Shown: positions 1-8,034 of the stretch, piece after piece
How the letters are laid out: each line of letters begins with the position of its first letter
Numbering within the stretch: the first letter of the stretch is position 1
Source of the DNA: a virus
Taxonomy: Duplodnaviria; Caudoviricetes
Length of the DNA: 60,814 nt
Virus record (IMG/VR): IMGVR_UViG_3300051213_000340
Location: 1 to 60,814 of that record
Reading direction: 5' to 3' (one strand)
Translations under genes and position numbers: made by a program
The notes under the pieces: model-generated
Told to the model about the DNA's origin: nothing
Seen by the model: the letters and a program-made list of their open reading frames with translations, nothing else
Database searches by the model: none

Positions 1-122
1 GTCACGCTGTCACGCCTACGCTGTCACGCCTACGCTGTCACGCCTACGCTGTCACGCCTACGCTGTCACGCCTACGCTGTCACGCCTACGCTGTCACGCT
101 GTCACGCCTACGCTGTCACGCT
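1..122. repeat. Tandem repeat of 14-bp unit GTCACGCCTACGCT (7 full copies plus three 8-bp GTCACGCT units)
   Basis: Read directly; full units at 9-92 and 101-114, short units at 1-8, 93-100, 115-122; may continue beyond the window edge. Confidence 0.97.
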
Positions 123-158
123 GTCCGATTGAATAGCGTTCGCTTGAACACTAGCCAT

Positions 159-335
159 TGCAGTATTTACTGCATACCGCATTGCAGTATTTACTGCATA
201 CCGCATTGCAGTATTTACTGCACCATGTTCCATGATTCCCGATCCGTGGCACACAGAACCAGTCGCCGATCCATGAAACACAGAACCAGTCGCCTTGCAG
301 TATTTACTGCAACTCGCCGTGCAGTATTTACTGCA
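159..335. promoter_or_regulatory. Cluster of five 16-bp palindromes TGCAGTA-TT-TACTGCA (at 159, 183, 207, 296, 320)
   Basis: Exact copies with perfect 7-bp arms; 24-bp period in both sub-clusters; regulatory role inferred. Confidence 0.85.
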
Positions 336-358
336 ACTTGAAACACAGAACCAGTCGC
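251..358. repeat. Three direct repeats ACACAGAACCAGTCGCC
   Basis: Copies at about 251, 278 and 342. Confidence 0.9.
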
Positions 359-369
359 CGCCGCTTACG

Positions 370-504
370 AGTCAAGTTCTTTTCCCGCCCCCTAATAATA
401 AAAAGTCTTTTCTATTAGTCTTACCTAATCTGTCCGACACATTAGCCACATCAATATGTTAGAGACTTTTTAGGTCGCCCCAATTTGGGACACATTAGGT
501 CACG
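370..504. repeat. Copy 1 of ~130-bp palindromic element (second copy at 22818-22949)
   Basis: Aligns by eye with 22818-22949; core CTAATCTGTC-C-GACACATTAG plus a third half-site GACACATTAGGT at 489. Confidence 0.9.
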
Positions 505-512
505 CTACCACA

Positions 513-581
513 GCCCGAAGAACTCGTCGTCACCGCCCGAAGAACTCGTCGTTGCCAGAACCACAGCCCGAAGAACTCGTC
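513..581. repeat. Three direct repeats GCCCGAAGAACTCGTC (iteron-like)
   Basis: Exact copies at 513, 535, 566. Confidence 0.9.
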
Positions 582-590
582 CTCTACACT

Positions 591-651
591 TAAAAATAAT
601 TTGATTTTAATAAAGAAAATTATTGACAAATAGTTTGTAATATGCTACAAT
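591..651 (+). promoter_or_regulatory. Strong sigma70-type early promoter P1
   Basis: TTGACA (623-628), 17-bp spacer, TG-n-TACAAT (646-651), AT-rich UP-like region; near-duplicate at 2180-2240. Confidence 0.9.
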
Positions 652-732
652 ATTATCACGGTTGGGAGAGGACAGAGAGCCAAACCAATCGGACTGGATA
701 ACCCGCAGTAAATACTGCAACTGAAATACATC

Positions 733-1038
733 ATGAAGAAAACCATCACTAGCAATGGCGAGATCCTGCAACAGGCTTTCGCGGATCGAGTTGCAGTAAA
801 TACTGCAACCAGAAAAGACTCCACGCTTCGAGTCTGTGAGCATCTAGAGATGTTCCAACCAGAACGCTGGAAGTCACGCGCTCGTTGGGAATACAAGCAC
901 ATCCCATCGCCGACCAACAATCAGATCAATGCAAAGCTCCGAAAGGAGTCCAGCATCGAGCGCAAGATCAGTGCGCTCTTGAGTAGCGGCAAGATCGAGC
1001 AAGCCGTCAAGCTCATAGACAAACACATCCTCCGCTGA
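733..1038 (+). CDS. Hypothetical early protein (101 aa)
   Basis: First ORF after P1, preceded by palindrome and AACTGAAATACA leader; contains a palindrome copy at 792. Confidence 0.7.
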   Translation: MKKTITSNGEILQQAFADRVAVNTATRKDSTLRVCEHLEMFQPERWKSRARWEYKHIPSPTNNQINAKLRKESSIERKISALLSSGKIEQAVKLIDKHILR

Positions 1039-1070
1039 TGCAGTATTTACTGCAACCCGAATCCCGAACC

Positions 1071-1289
1071 ATGAAAATCGAAGACGAAATCGTGATGCAC
1101 AACATCACAAAACACAAGCTCGATGATATGCGAGCAAGATTCATCGGCCTCCTTGAAGGTGATTTGAAACGGCATCTGGATACAATCCAAACCTGCCTCA
1201 ACATGGAACCTCCACGGATTGCTGTGGCAATCGAGCGGGTTGAAACAATCCAAGCAATCATCAAACGACAACTCGACTGCATTAAATAA
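1071..1289 (+). CDS. Hypothetical early protein (MKIEDEIV...)
   Basis: ATG follows palindrome (1039) and CCCGAACC leader shared with the 1738 ORF. Confidence 0.7.
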   Translation: MKIEDEIVMHNITKHKLDDMRARFIGLLEGDLKRHLDTIQTCLNMEPPRIAVAIERVETIQAIIKRQLDCIK

Positions 1290-1292
1290 ACC

Positions 1293-1363
1293 ATGTGAGT
1301 CGTAGTCCCTCACATCTAAAGGACTAGCGCATGAGTCTGCCAAACTCATGCAGTAGAATGGCA
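1293..1363 (+). ncRNA. Two adjacent H-type pseudoknots in intergenic leader (candidate cis-regulatory RNA)
   Basis: PK1: ATGTGAG/CTCACAT plus TAGTCC/GGACTA; PK2: GCATGAGT/ACTCATGC plus TGCCA/TGGCA; all Watson-Crick. Confidence 0.65.
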
Positions 1364-1371
1364 ACTGAATT

Positions 1372-1692
1372 ATGAATACTACCTACCAACATGAAGTATC
1401 CGCCGCCATCGAAGAGTTGGGTGGCGACAAAGTCCTCGCAATCATTGAGACCCTTTATCAAGATGGTCTTGACCTCTATCAAGAAGCGTGTCGCTCCGAA
1501 GCTAGAGATGCGGCCCTCGTTGAACACCACTTCATCGGCCACTCCGAAGCCATCGAAAAACTGCGAAGAGCATTGCTCATCGCGACAGACCGCATGCCAG
1601 TGGTCATTGCCGAAGAGAGTCAATACTACCACGCAACCGCCGAAGAGTTCGGCGATGAACATCGCTACGCCGCCGCCGCCGCTATGCAGTAA
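1372..1692 (+). CDS. Hypothetical acidic early protein (106 aa)
   Basis: ORF with AACTGAATT-ATG leader; stop codon lies inside the palindrome at 1685. Confidence 0.75.
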   Translation: MNTTYQHEVSAAIEELGGDKVLAIIETLYQDGLDLYQEACRSEARDAALVEHHFIGHSEAIEKLRRALLIATDRMPVVIAEESQYYHATAEEFGDEHRYAAAAAMQ

Positions 1693-1737
1693 ATACTGCA
1701 ACCCGAATCATGAATCCCTAATCCCTAATCCCGAACC

Positions 1738-1899
1738 ATGAATCCTAAACCGCACAACCTAAATCGTAAACGCTCGCACTCGCTCCTTCGCTGGAGCGAT
1801 GTGCAAGTGGCACTCACATTCACAATCTTTGTCGCCGCCAGTTGGATCGTTGGCTACGGCATCACTACACTGATCCTAATGTTCCAAAACAAATACTAA
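1738..1899 (+). CDS. Small membrane protein (53 aa)
   Basis: Hand-translated MNPKPHNL...VALTFTIFVAASWIVGYGITTLILMFQNKY; one hydrophobic helix; CCCGAACC-ATG leader. Confidence 0.65.
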   Translation: MNPKPHNLNRKRSHSLLRWSDVQVALTFTIFVAASWIVGYGITTLILMFQNKY

Positions 1900-1900
1900 T

Positions 1901-2182
1901 ATGATACAAGAACCAGAACAGCTGTGCCTCTTTGAGGCTGAAGAAGAATACAACGCCGAACCAAACTACCCATCGCATCGGGCGAAGACCGCACTCGAAC
2001 TGATGCAGTGGATCGGGAAGTCTGGACGCATCCGTGGCAGGATACGACCCAAAGTCAAAGTCATTGACTGCCGCCACTGCTTTGGCGGAGTCCATGTGCT
2101 TGTCACATTGGACGGGCAACGCGAGTGGTATTCGACTGCCGCTATCGAATGGCCGTTCATCACGGACGGCGGACACATCTAA
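1901..2182 (+). CDS. Hypothetical protein (93 aa)
   Basis: Abuts previous ORF, same strand as operon. Confidence 0.65.
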   Translation: MIQEPEQLCLFEAEEEYNAEPNYPSHRAKTALELMQWIGKSGRIRGRIRPKVKVIDCRHCFGGVHVLVTLDGQREWYSTAAIEWPFITDGGHI

Positions 2183-2240
2183 AAATAATTTGTTTTAGAT
2201 GAAGAAAATCATTGACAAATAGTTTGTTATATGCTATACT
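2180..2240 (+). promoter_or_regulatory. Strong sigma70-type early promoter P2 (paralog of P1)
   Basis: TTGACA (2212-2217), 17 bp, TG-n-TATACT (2235-2240); same downstream leader GGTTGGGAGAGGACAGAGAGCC. Confidence 0.9.
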
Positions 2241-2324
2241 ATTCATACGGTTGGGAGAGGACAGAGAGCCGAACCAACCTACTGAAACAAACCTGCAGTA
2301 AATACTGCAACATCAAATAGAACC

Positions 2325-3173
2325 ATGAATAACACAACTGGAATCCTTGTCAAAGTATCCTTTGGCAAGTTCGCCCCCAAAGTAAAGAACAAGAAGGCTA
2401 CCAAAGAGTATGCCAACAACCACCAATGTGACGAGTCGATGCATGAGTCTAGAACTCACTTGATTCCAAAACAATATGTCGATCCGATACAGAAGTTCCA
2501 AGCTTCTGTTCGCAATAACTTTGTCAACAACATCACTTTGCCGTGGGAGCGCGGAGGCACTTGCCTTATTCCCGCGAAGATGATTGACAAGTTCATGTCG
2601 GGCATCGGCAATCTGCGACAAGAGTATGACATACTTGTGGCGCAGTTCCTCGAAAAGTATGAGGACATCGTGGCTGATGCAAAGGTCAGACTCAATGGCG
2701 ACTTCGATGCATCACGCTATCCGTCCAGACAAGATGTGTCTGCTTGCTTCCGCATGGATGTGACCTACTCGCCACTGCCTGATGCTGGTGACTACCGCAT
2801 TGATGTGTCCAAAGAGATCATGGAAGAAGTCCGTGCCGAAACCAATCGCGCCGCCGAAGCGAGATACGAAGCGGCGCGACAGGACTTGCGCCAACGACTC
2901 ATCGACAAAGTCGAACATCTGGCAGACAGATGTAAGGCAATAAATGAATCGGACAAAGCCAAATGGTATGAGTCAAACCTTACCAACATCACGGACTTGA
3001 TCGAACTCATACCAGACATGCTGATCGGAGATGATCCAGATCTACTCGATGCCGTAAAGGCCGCGAAGGAAATGCTCAACGGCATTGACTCCGATGCCAT
3101 CAAAGACAGCGAGTTCGTCCGTGACGACATCCGCAAGAAGGCCGCCGCCATTGTGTCGTCACTCCAATTCTAA
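2325..3173 (+). CDS. DUF3150-like protein (282 aa)
   Basis: TLPW..G..LIP and F....YP.......F segments; position directly upstream of an AAA/VWA pair. Confidence 0.55.
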   Translation: MNNTTGILVKVSFGKFAPKVKNKKATKEYANNHQCDESMHESRTHLIPKQYVDPIQKFQASVRNNFVNNITLPWERGGTCLIPAKMIDKFMSGIGNLRQEYDILVAQFLEKYEDIVADAKVRLNGDFDASRYPSRQDVSACFRMDVTYSPLPDAGDYRIDVSKEIMEEVRAETNRAAEARYEAARQDLRQRLIDKVEHLADRCKAINESDKAKWYESNLTNITDLIELIPDMLIGDDPDLLDAVKAAKEMLNGIDSDAIKDSEFVRDDIRKKAAAIVSSLQF

Positions 3174-3175
3174 CT

Positions 3176-3252
3176 ACCGACAGGGGGAGCGCATCTGATC
3201 ACGCTCACAACCATGCAGTAAATACTGCAACCACAACAAACTGAAATACACT
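3176..3252 (+). promoter_or_regulatory. Intergenic cassette A: hairpin + palindrome (3214) + AC-rich leader
   Basis: Near-identical to 5794-5873. Confidence 0.8.
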
Positions 3253-3261
3253 ACAACTATT

Positions 3262-4329
3262 ATGAACCATCCAGAAATTACCACCAACGATATCGTGTCC
3301 GTCCTTGACCGCTCTGCCAAAGCTGGCAACAAGAAGATCCCAATCTTCTTAGGAATCTATGGTTTGGGCAAGTCACACTGCGGACATGAGTTCGCGCTCA
3401 AGACTGGCAGACAATACATTGACTTCCGTCTGCCCTATCGAACCTTCAACGATGTCCGTGGATTCGGTATCCCGAATCGTGAACGCGGAGTCATGGAGTG
3501 GCTAGTCGATGAGGACTTACCGCAAGATCCCAATGGTTCCTATGCCTTCCATTGGGAAGAGCTGACCAATGCCATGCCTTCTGTCCAGAAGGTCGCCATG
3601 CAAGGCATGCTCGACCGCAAGATCGGGCAGTATGAGTTCCCCAAAGACACCATCATGTTCGCGTCTGGCAACCGACTAGCTCACAAGACTGGTGTCGAGC
3701 GCATGCTCGCCGCCCTTGCCGACCGACTTGCCATCTACCATGTCCGTCCCGATCTGGACAGCTACATGAATTACTTGCAGACTCACGGAAAGTCTGCTGA
3801 AGTAGTTGCATACTTGTCCAGCAATCCGACTGCTACTTACGACTTCGACATTACGAAGTGGGACAGCGAGTCCAACCTGCCAACCTTCCGATCATTCGAC
3901 AGGCTCGATGAGCTTGCCGCATCCTACGAAGATACACAAGAGATGTGCAATGACCCGCTCTTGCGAGCGCATGCCGCCGCTTGTGTCGGCGCAAAGCACG
4001 GCGAGCAGTTCGCGCAGTTCATCAAGCTGACCAGCAAAGTCGGCGATGTCGGCAAGATGATCGAAGAGGCGGACACTTGTCGTATACCAAATGAGATCGA
4101 CATCAAGTGGCTCATTGCTTGCCGTGCGATTGTGCTTGCCACCAAAGAAAACCTGCAACAAGTTCTTGTCTTGACTCACCGCTTGACAGATGAGTCAAAC
4201 AAAGATAGTCAATTACAGGCGATGGAATCCTTTGTTGGCAACACGATCAAGCGGCGCAAGCCAGACTTGATGCGGACAAAGGCCATGATCGACTGGCATG
4301 TTAAACACGGCGATGCACTCTCCAGCTGA
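3262..4329 (+). CDS. MoxR/CbbQ-like AAA+ ATPase (355 aa)
   Basis: Walker A GIYGLGKS, Walker B FHWEE, sensor-1 ASGNR, Arg-finger ALADRL. Confidence 0.85.
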   Translation: MNHPEITTNDIVSVLDRSAKAGNKKIPIFLGIYGLGKSHCGHEFALKTGRQYIDFRLPYRTFNDVRGFGIPNRERGVMEWLVDEDLPQDPNGSYAFHWEELTNAMPSVQKVAMQGMLDRKIGQYEFPKDTIMFASGNRLAHKTGVERMLAALADRLAIYHVRPDLDSYMNYLQTHGKSAEVVAYLSSNPTATYDFDITKWDSESNLPTFRSFDRLDELAASYEDTQEMCNDPLLRAHAAACVGAKHGEQFAQFIKLTSKVGDVGKMIEEADTCRIPNEIDIKWLIACRAIVLATKENLQQVLVLTHRLTDESNKDSQLQAMESFVGNTIKRRKPDLMRTKAMIDWHVKHGDALSS

Positions 4330-4550
4330 ACTACTAAACCAGATCTTGAACCATGAACCCCGAAACCTGCTAACACAGCAGGTTGAGGGGATCATTGAAG
4401 AAGCGATCTGGTTTAGCAGATGGTTGGAGAAAATGAATTGTTCATCCCACATGAGACGAGAAGGCTACTACTATCTAGTATCTGACGAAGTCTATGAGCT
4501 ATGGACACAGCATCACAAGACACTGAAACAATTAGCAATACAGCATAAGT

Positions 4551-5789
4551 ATGAAAGCAAAAGAAATGATAGACAAAGCGATGCTAGTCATCGCAAATCA
4601 CCACGACTTCTTCGCGCCAGCCGCGTTGGCTATGCCGTGGCAGGAGTGTCGGGATATCCCGACAGCATGCACGAATGGTGAGCGTGTGCTTTACAATCCA
4701 GAGTTTCTGGAGTCACTGCCACAGCCAGCCGTTGTTGGACTGATCATTCATGAGATCGCCCATCCGTTGTTGGGACATCTCGAACGGAGCAAGCACATGG
4801 AACACAACACAGCCAACATCGCGTTCGACTACGAGATCAACAATCTCATCGAAGTCTACAACAAAGATGCCGCTCGCAAGATCATCCTTCCAGCAGATGC
4901 GTTTGTCGATGTCGCCAAATACAAGAACGAAGCTGGCGAAGTAGTCTACAAGAAACTGATGGACGAGAAGAAGAACAATCCGCCACCGCCACCACCGCCC
5001 AAAGGCAAAGGCAAAGGCAAAGCTGACAGCGGAGGCGACAACGAAGGCGAGAGCGAGAGCGACAACGATGGCAAAGGCAAAAGCAAACCATCGTCAAGCG
5101 GTATGTTCGAGCAACCATCTGGCAACTCTGACAACAAGAGCAATGTCGAGAAGCGCTGGCGCGAGATCCTGTCCAGCACATTGCAGACTGCGAAGTTGCG
5201 TGGCACTGCCAGTGCTGAACTACTTCAGAAGTTCTCATCCATCATGGAGCCGCCGCTCAAGATGCGCGACCTTCTAGAGAAGTATGTCTGCGAGTTCGCC
5301 ATGTCTGACGACAGCACAAAGTCCGACAAGCGTTGGCTTGCCAACAACGATATGTGTGTATCTGGCATGGAGTCCGAACGCCACGGCACTATCATCTTTA
5401 TCAAAGACACATCTGGTTCTATCACTGACGACATCCTCAAGACATCCTGTTCCGTGATTCAAGATGCTGTCAACACACTCAACGCATCCCGCCTCATTGT
5501 TCTCGATGTCGATGCAGAAGTCTGCGATGTGCAGGAGTTCATGCCCAACGAAGATATTCCATTGACTTGCAAAGGTCGCGGCGGCACAGACTTCCGACCC
5601 GCTTTCGATTGGGCTAAAGACAATGCGTCCGATGCTCGCGTCCTCATCTATCTGACTGACGGATGGGGGGAGTTTCCCACAGATGTTCCAGACATCCCAA
5701 CCCTCTGGCTATCATGGGATCGTGACGAGTCCGACTATCCGTTCGGACAAGTCATTCCACTTTCGGTATTGGCTAACGCCACCGCATAA
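4551..5789 (+). CDS. Putative metallopeptidase + VWA domain protein (DUF2201-like)
   Basis: TACTNG and HEIAH zincin motif; low-complexity linker; MIDAS DTSGS, GGTDF, YLTDG. Confidence 0.88.
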   Translation: MKAKEMIDKAMLVIANHHDFFAPAALAMPWQECRDIPTACTNGERVLYNPEFLESLPQPAVVGLIIHEIAHPLLGHLERSKHMEHNTANIAFDYEINNLIEVYNKDAARKIILPADAFVDVAKYKNEAGEVVYKKLMDEKKNNPPPPPPPKGKGKGKADSGGDNEGESESDNDGKGKSKPSSSGMFEQPSGNSDNKSNVEKRWREILSSTLQTAKLRGTASAELLQKFSSIMEPPLKMRDLLEKYVCEFAMSDDSTKSDKRWLANNDMCVSGMESERHGTIIFIKDTSGSITDDILKTSCSVIQDAVNTLNASRLIVLDVDAEVCDVQEFMPNEDIPLTCKGRGGTDFRPAFDWAKDNASDARVLIYLTDGWGEFPTDVPDIPTLWLSWDRDESDYPFGQVIPLSVLANATA

Positions 5790-5793
5790 CATA

Positions 5794-5873
5794 ACTGACG
5801 GGGGAAGCGCATCCGATCACGCTTACAACTCTGCAGTAAATACTGCAACTAAACTAACAAACTGAAATACACT
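5794..5873 (+). promoter_or_regulatory. Intergenic cassette B: hairpin + palindrome (5832) + AC-rich leader
   Basis: Near-identical to 3176-3252 with a compensatory stem change. Confidence 0.8.
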
Positions 5874-6896
5874 ATGAAAATCAAAGAAGTAATCAATGCC
5901 GTTATCAACGACAACCCACACAATTGCAGCTCGTCCGTCCTCCGTTGGTATGGTAAGAGCAAAACGCTGTTGTTCCTGCACAAAGATCAATGGGAAGTAG
6001 CACTACTCAAGTTCGACAATGTAATCTTCTTCGAGAAGAACAGAGTCAATAGCGTCATGCATAGACACAAAGACCGCTACGATTACAACCATATGTGGGG
6101 CAAACTGGCACATGAGGGCAATCTAATGATCGACTTGTATGAGACGATCAAACCAGCAGTCGATACTCGCAAGACTATTCCCAACAACTATGTGTTGTTG
6201 CGTAGCTTGATCGACCATGTTGTTCCCAAAGATCAATTAGATCTGTATTGGAAATACACATGGCTCATGCCACTATGTTCTTATGCACAAGAGCTGAACA
6301 AAGATACCATCAATGTCGATCTAGCATTGGCAGACATGACATTCAATGAACACTTCAATAAGTTCAAGGACTTCATGCAGTCGTTCAACTCGATAGCTGT
6401 CGATGGCAACACAGAAGAGAAGCGTGATGCACTAGAGACTTTCTTTAGGGATAGTCAGCTACTGAACAATAACTTTAGTAAATACAAAAAGCTAGAGTAT
6501 TATCCTTACACAGCTGGTGATTACATCCACCGCAATCACATACAGGCTATCTTGCCGACTTCTAATGTAGGCAACGCACAAGAATTCTGGAATGCAGATC
6601 TAACAAATCGTAGAGCTGATTGGGCTTACAACGAAGCGTTGTTCCACTTTGACAAGCCGCATAACTTACTGACCCATTGGGACTCACTGGTCAACATCTT
6701 CAAGATGATCGATCTACCAGAACCAGAAGTGTATGGCATCAAGTTCTGCGTAGAGAACATCAAGACACTCGCCGCTCTATTCGACACAGCCAAACAAGAC
6801 TACACTCATCCGTTGGACTGGCTCAAGAATGAGAAGGAACAATCAGAGCCAGCGCAACAAGCAGTCGAGTCCTATCCTACAACCTTACTCGCCTAA
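5874..6896 (+). CDS. Hypothetical protein (340 aa)
   Basis: Long ORF after cassette B; no motif recognised. Confidence 0.8.
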   Translation: MKIKEVINAVINDNPHNCSSSVLRWYGKSKTLLFLHKDQWEVALLKFDNVIFFEKNRVNSVMHRHKDRYDYNHMWGKLAHEGNLMIDLYETIKPAVDTRKTIPNNYVLLRSLIDHVVPKDQLDLYWKYTWLMPLCSYAQELNKDTINVDLALADMTFNEHFNKFKDFMQSFNSIAVDGNTEEKRDALETFFRDSQLLNNNFSKYKKLEYYPYTAGDYIHRNHIQAILPTSNVGNAQEFWNADLTNRRADWAYNEALFHFDKPHNLLTHWDSLVNIFKMIDLPEPEVYGIKFCVENIKTLAALFDTAKQDYTHPLDWLKNEKEQSEPAQQAVESYPTTLLA

Positions 6897-6901
6897 CCAA
6901 T

Positions 6902-7579
6902 ATGAAACTACTGACAACATCTAACTACAAGACACTCAAAGGAACTAGCAAAGGCTACGATACTTATGGCTTGCACATGATTCCTGCATCCCTATCTGGT
7001 AGAAATGTATGTGCTTCCAGTTCCGCTGGATGTCGGGAAGCATGCCTCAATACTGCTGGCAGAGGTGCGATGGGTTCTGTTCAGAACGCACGACTCAAGA
7101 AGACACTGCTCTTCTTTGAAGATCGTGACAAGTTCATGGGCTATCTCGCTGACGACATCGAAGCGGCAATCAAGAAGTCAAAGCGCAAAGGCATGACTCC
7201 GTGCTTCCGCCTCAACCTCACCAGTGATTTGATGTGGGAGAAGTATGGCATCATCGAGATGTTCGCTGACCAGATCTTCTATGACTACACCAAACACTTC
7301 ACACGGATGCTACGCTTTATCAACGGAGGCTTTCCTGCTAACTACCATCTGACATTCTCTAGATCAGAATGCAATGATGCTGATGTAGCTAGAGTGCTTG
7401 CGGCTGGTGGCAATGTCGCCGCTGTGTTTGGCTCTCGTCTACCAGACACATGGATGGGAAAGCCTGTCATCAGCGGAGACGAAACAGACTTGCGATTTCT
7501 CGACCCGAAAAATGTCATCGTCGGGTTGACCACAAAGGGCAAAGCAAAGCATGACACAACGGGATTCGTTATCCATTAA
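6902..7579 (+). CDS. Gene product 88-like protein (Cys-rich, radical-SAM-like motif)
   Basis: NVC-x6-CREACL..AGRG, FRLN.TSD, FYDYTK, NYHLTFS motifs. Confidence 0.75.
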   Translation: MKLLTTSNYKTLKGTSKGYDTYGLHMIPASLSGRNVCASSSAGCREACLNTAGRGAMGSVQNARLKKTLLFFEDRDKFMGYLADDIEAAIKKSKRKGMTPCFRLNLTSDLMWEKYGIIEMFADQIFYDYTKHFTRMLRFINGGFPANYHLTFSRSECNDADVARVLAAGGNVAAVFGSRLPDTWMGKPVISGDETDLRFLDPKNVIVGLTTKGKAKHDTTGFVIH

Positions 7580-7583
7580 GGCT

Positions 7584-7679
7584 ATGAGTCTAGAACAAAC
7601 CCTAACACTGATGCTCGTCACCTTCATCGTTGTCGTGGTGAGCGGCATCCTCAACAACGACGACGACGACCGCTATTGA
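7584..7679 (+). CDS. Tiny membrane peptide with acidic tail (31 aa)
   Basis: Hand-translated MSLEQTLTLMLVTFIVVVVSGILNNDDDDRY. Confidence 0.5.
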   Translation: MSLEQTLTLMLVTFIVVVVSGILNNDDDDRY

Positions 7680-7704
7680 TGCCTGTATCCTGCACGATGG
7701 ATAC

Positions 7705-8000
7705 TGCGTAGCTTACCGCATAGTTGGAGCACTAACCTAACAAATAGAAACAAACATTATGAGACTCGGAAAAGTAAAAGTGCAAATAGAATATGTTGTC
7801 GATCTCGATAACGAAGAGATGGTTCAGCACGCCTTCGATGCGTTGTATGAAGATATGTGTGGTGCGTGTAAGTATGACTCCATACATGATGTGATAGAGA
7901 TTACTGAGGAAGACCTAAGCCTCAAACAAGAAGACATACCAGAGTTCCTACTCGACACAGCTGAATAATTAAACTGAATGCGTAGCTTACCGCATAGTTG
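7705..8000 (+). repeat. Two copies of TGCGTAGCTTACCGCATAGTTG (7705, 7979), each upstream of a small ORF
   Basis: 22-bp exact match, both intergenic. Confidence 0.85.
7759..7968 (+). CDS. Hypothetical acidic protein (69 aa)
   Basis: Flanked by the 22-bp repeats; A/C-rich leader. Confidence 0.7.
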   Translation: MRLGKVKVQIEYVVDLDNEEMVQHAFDALYEDMCGACKYDSIHDVIEITEEDLSLKQEDIPEFLLDTAE

Positions 8001-8034
8001 TAGCATAAACCACTAACAATAGAAAACAAACACT

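Noticed and set aside
159-335. LexA SOS boxes formed between adjacent palindromes
   Set aside because: Spacing is CTG-N12-CAG, not the CTG-N10-CAG of the E. coli-type box
129-341. 70-aa ORF with HCSIYCIP repeats
   Set aside because: Translation of the palindrome repeats upstream of the first promoter
1-360. CRISPR array
   Set aside because: Repeats are 14-24 bp with absent, identical or 8-bp spacers; there is no cas operon, and the Cas4-like gene is a typical replication-module exonuclease
4298-4681. 127-aa ORF between the AAA+ and VWA genes
   Set aside because: Overlaps both neighbours and has no clear start; the 4330-4550 gap may hold a short or broken gene but I cannot support coordinates
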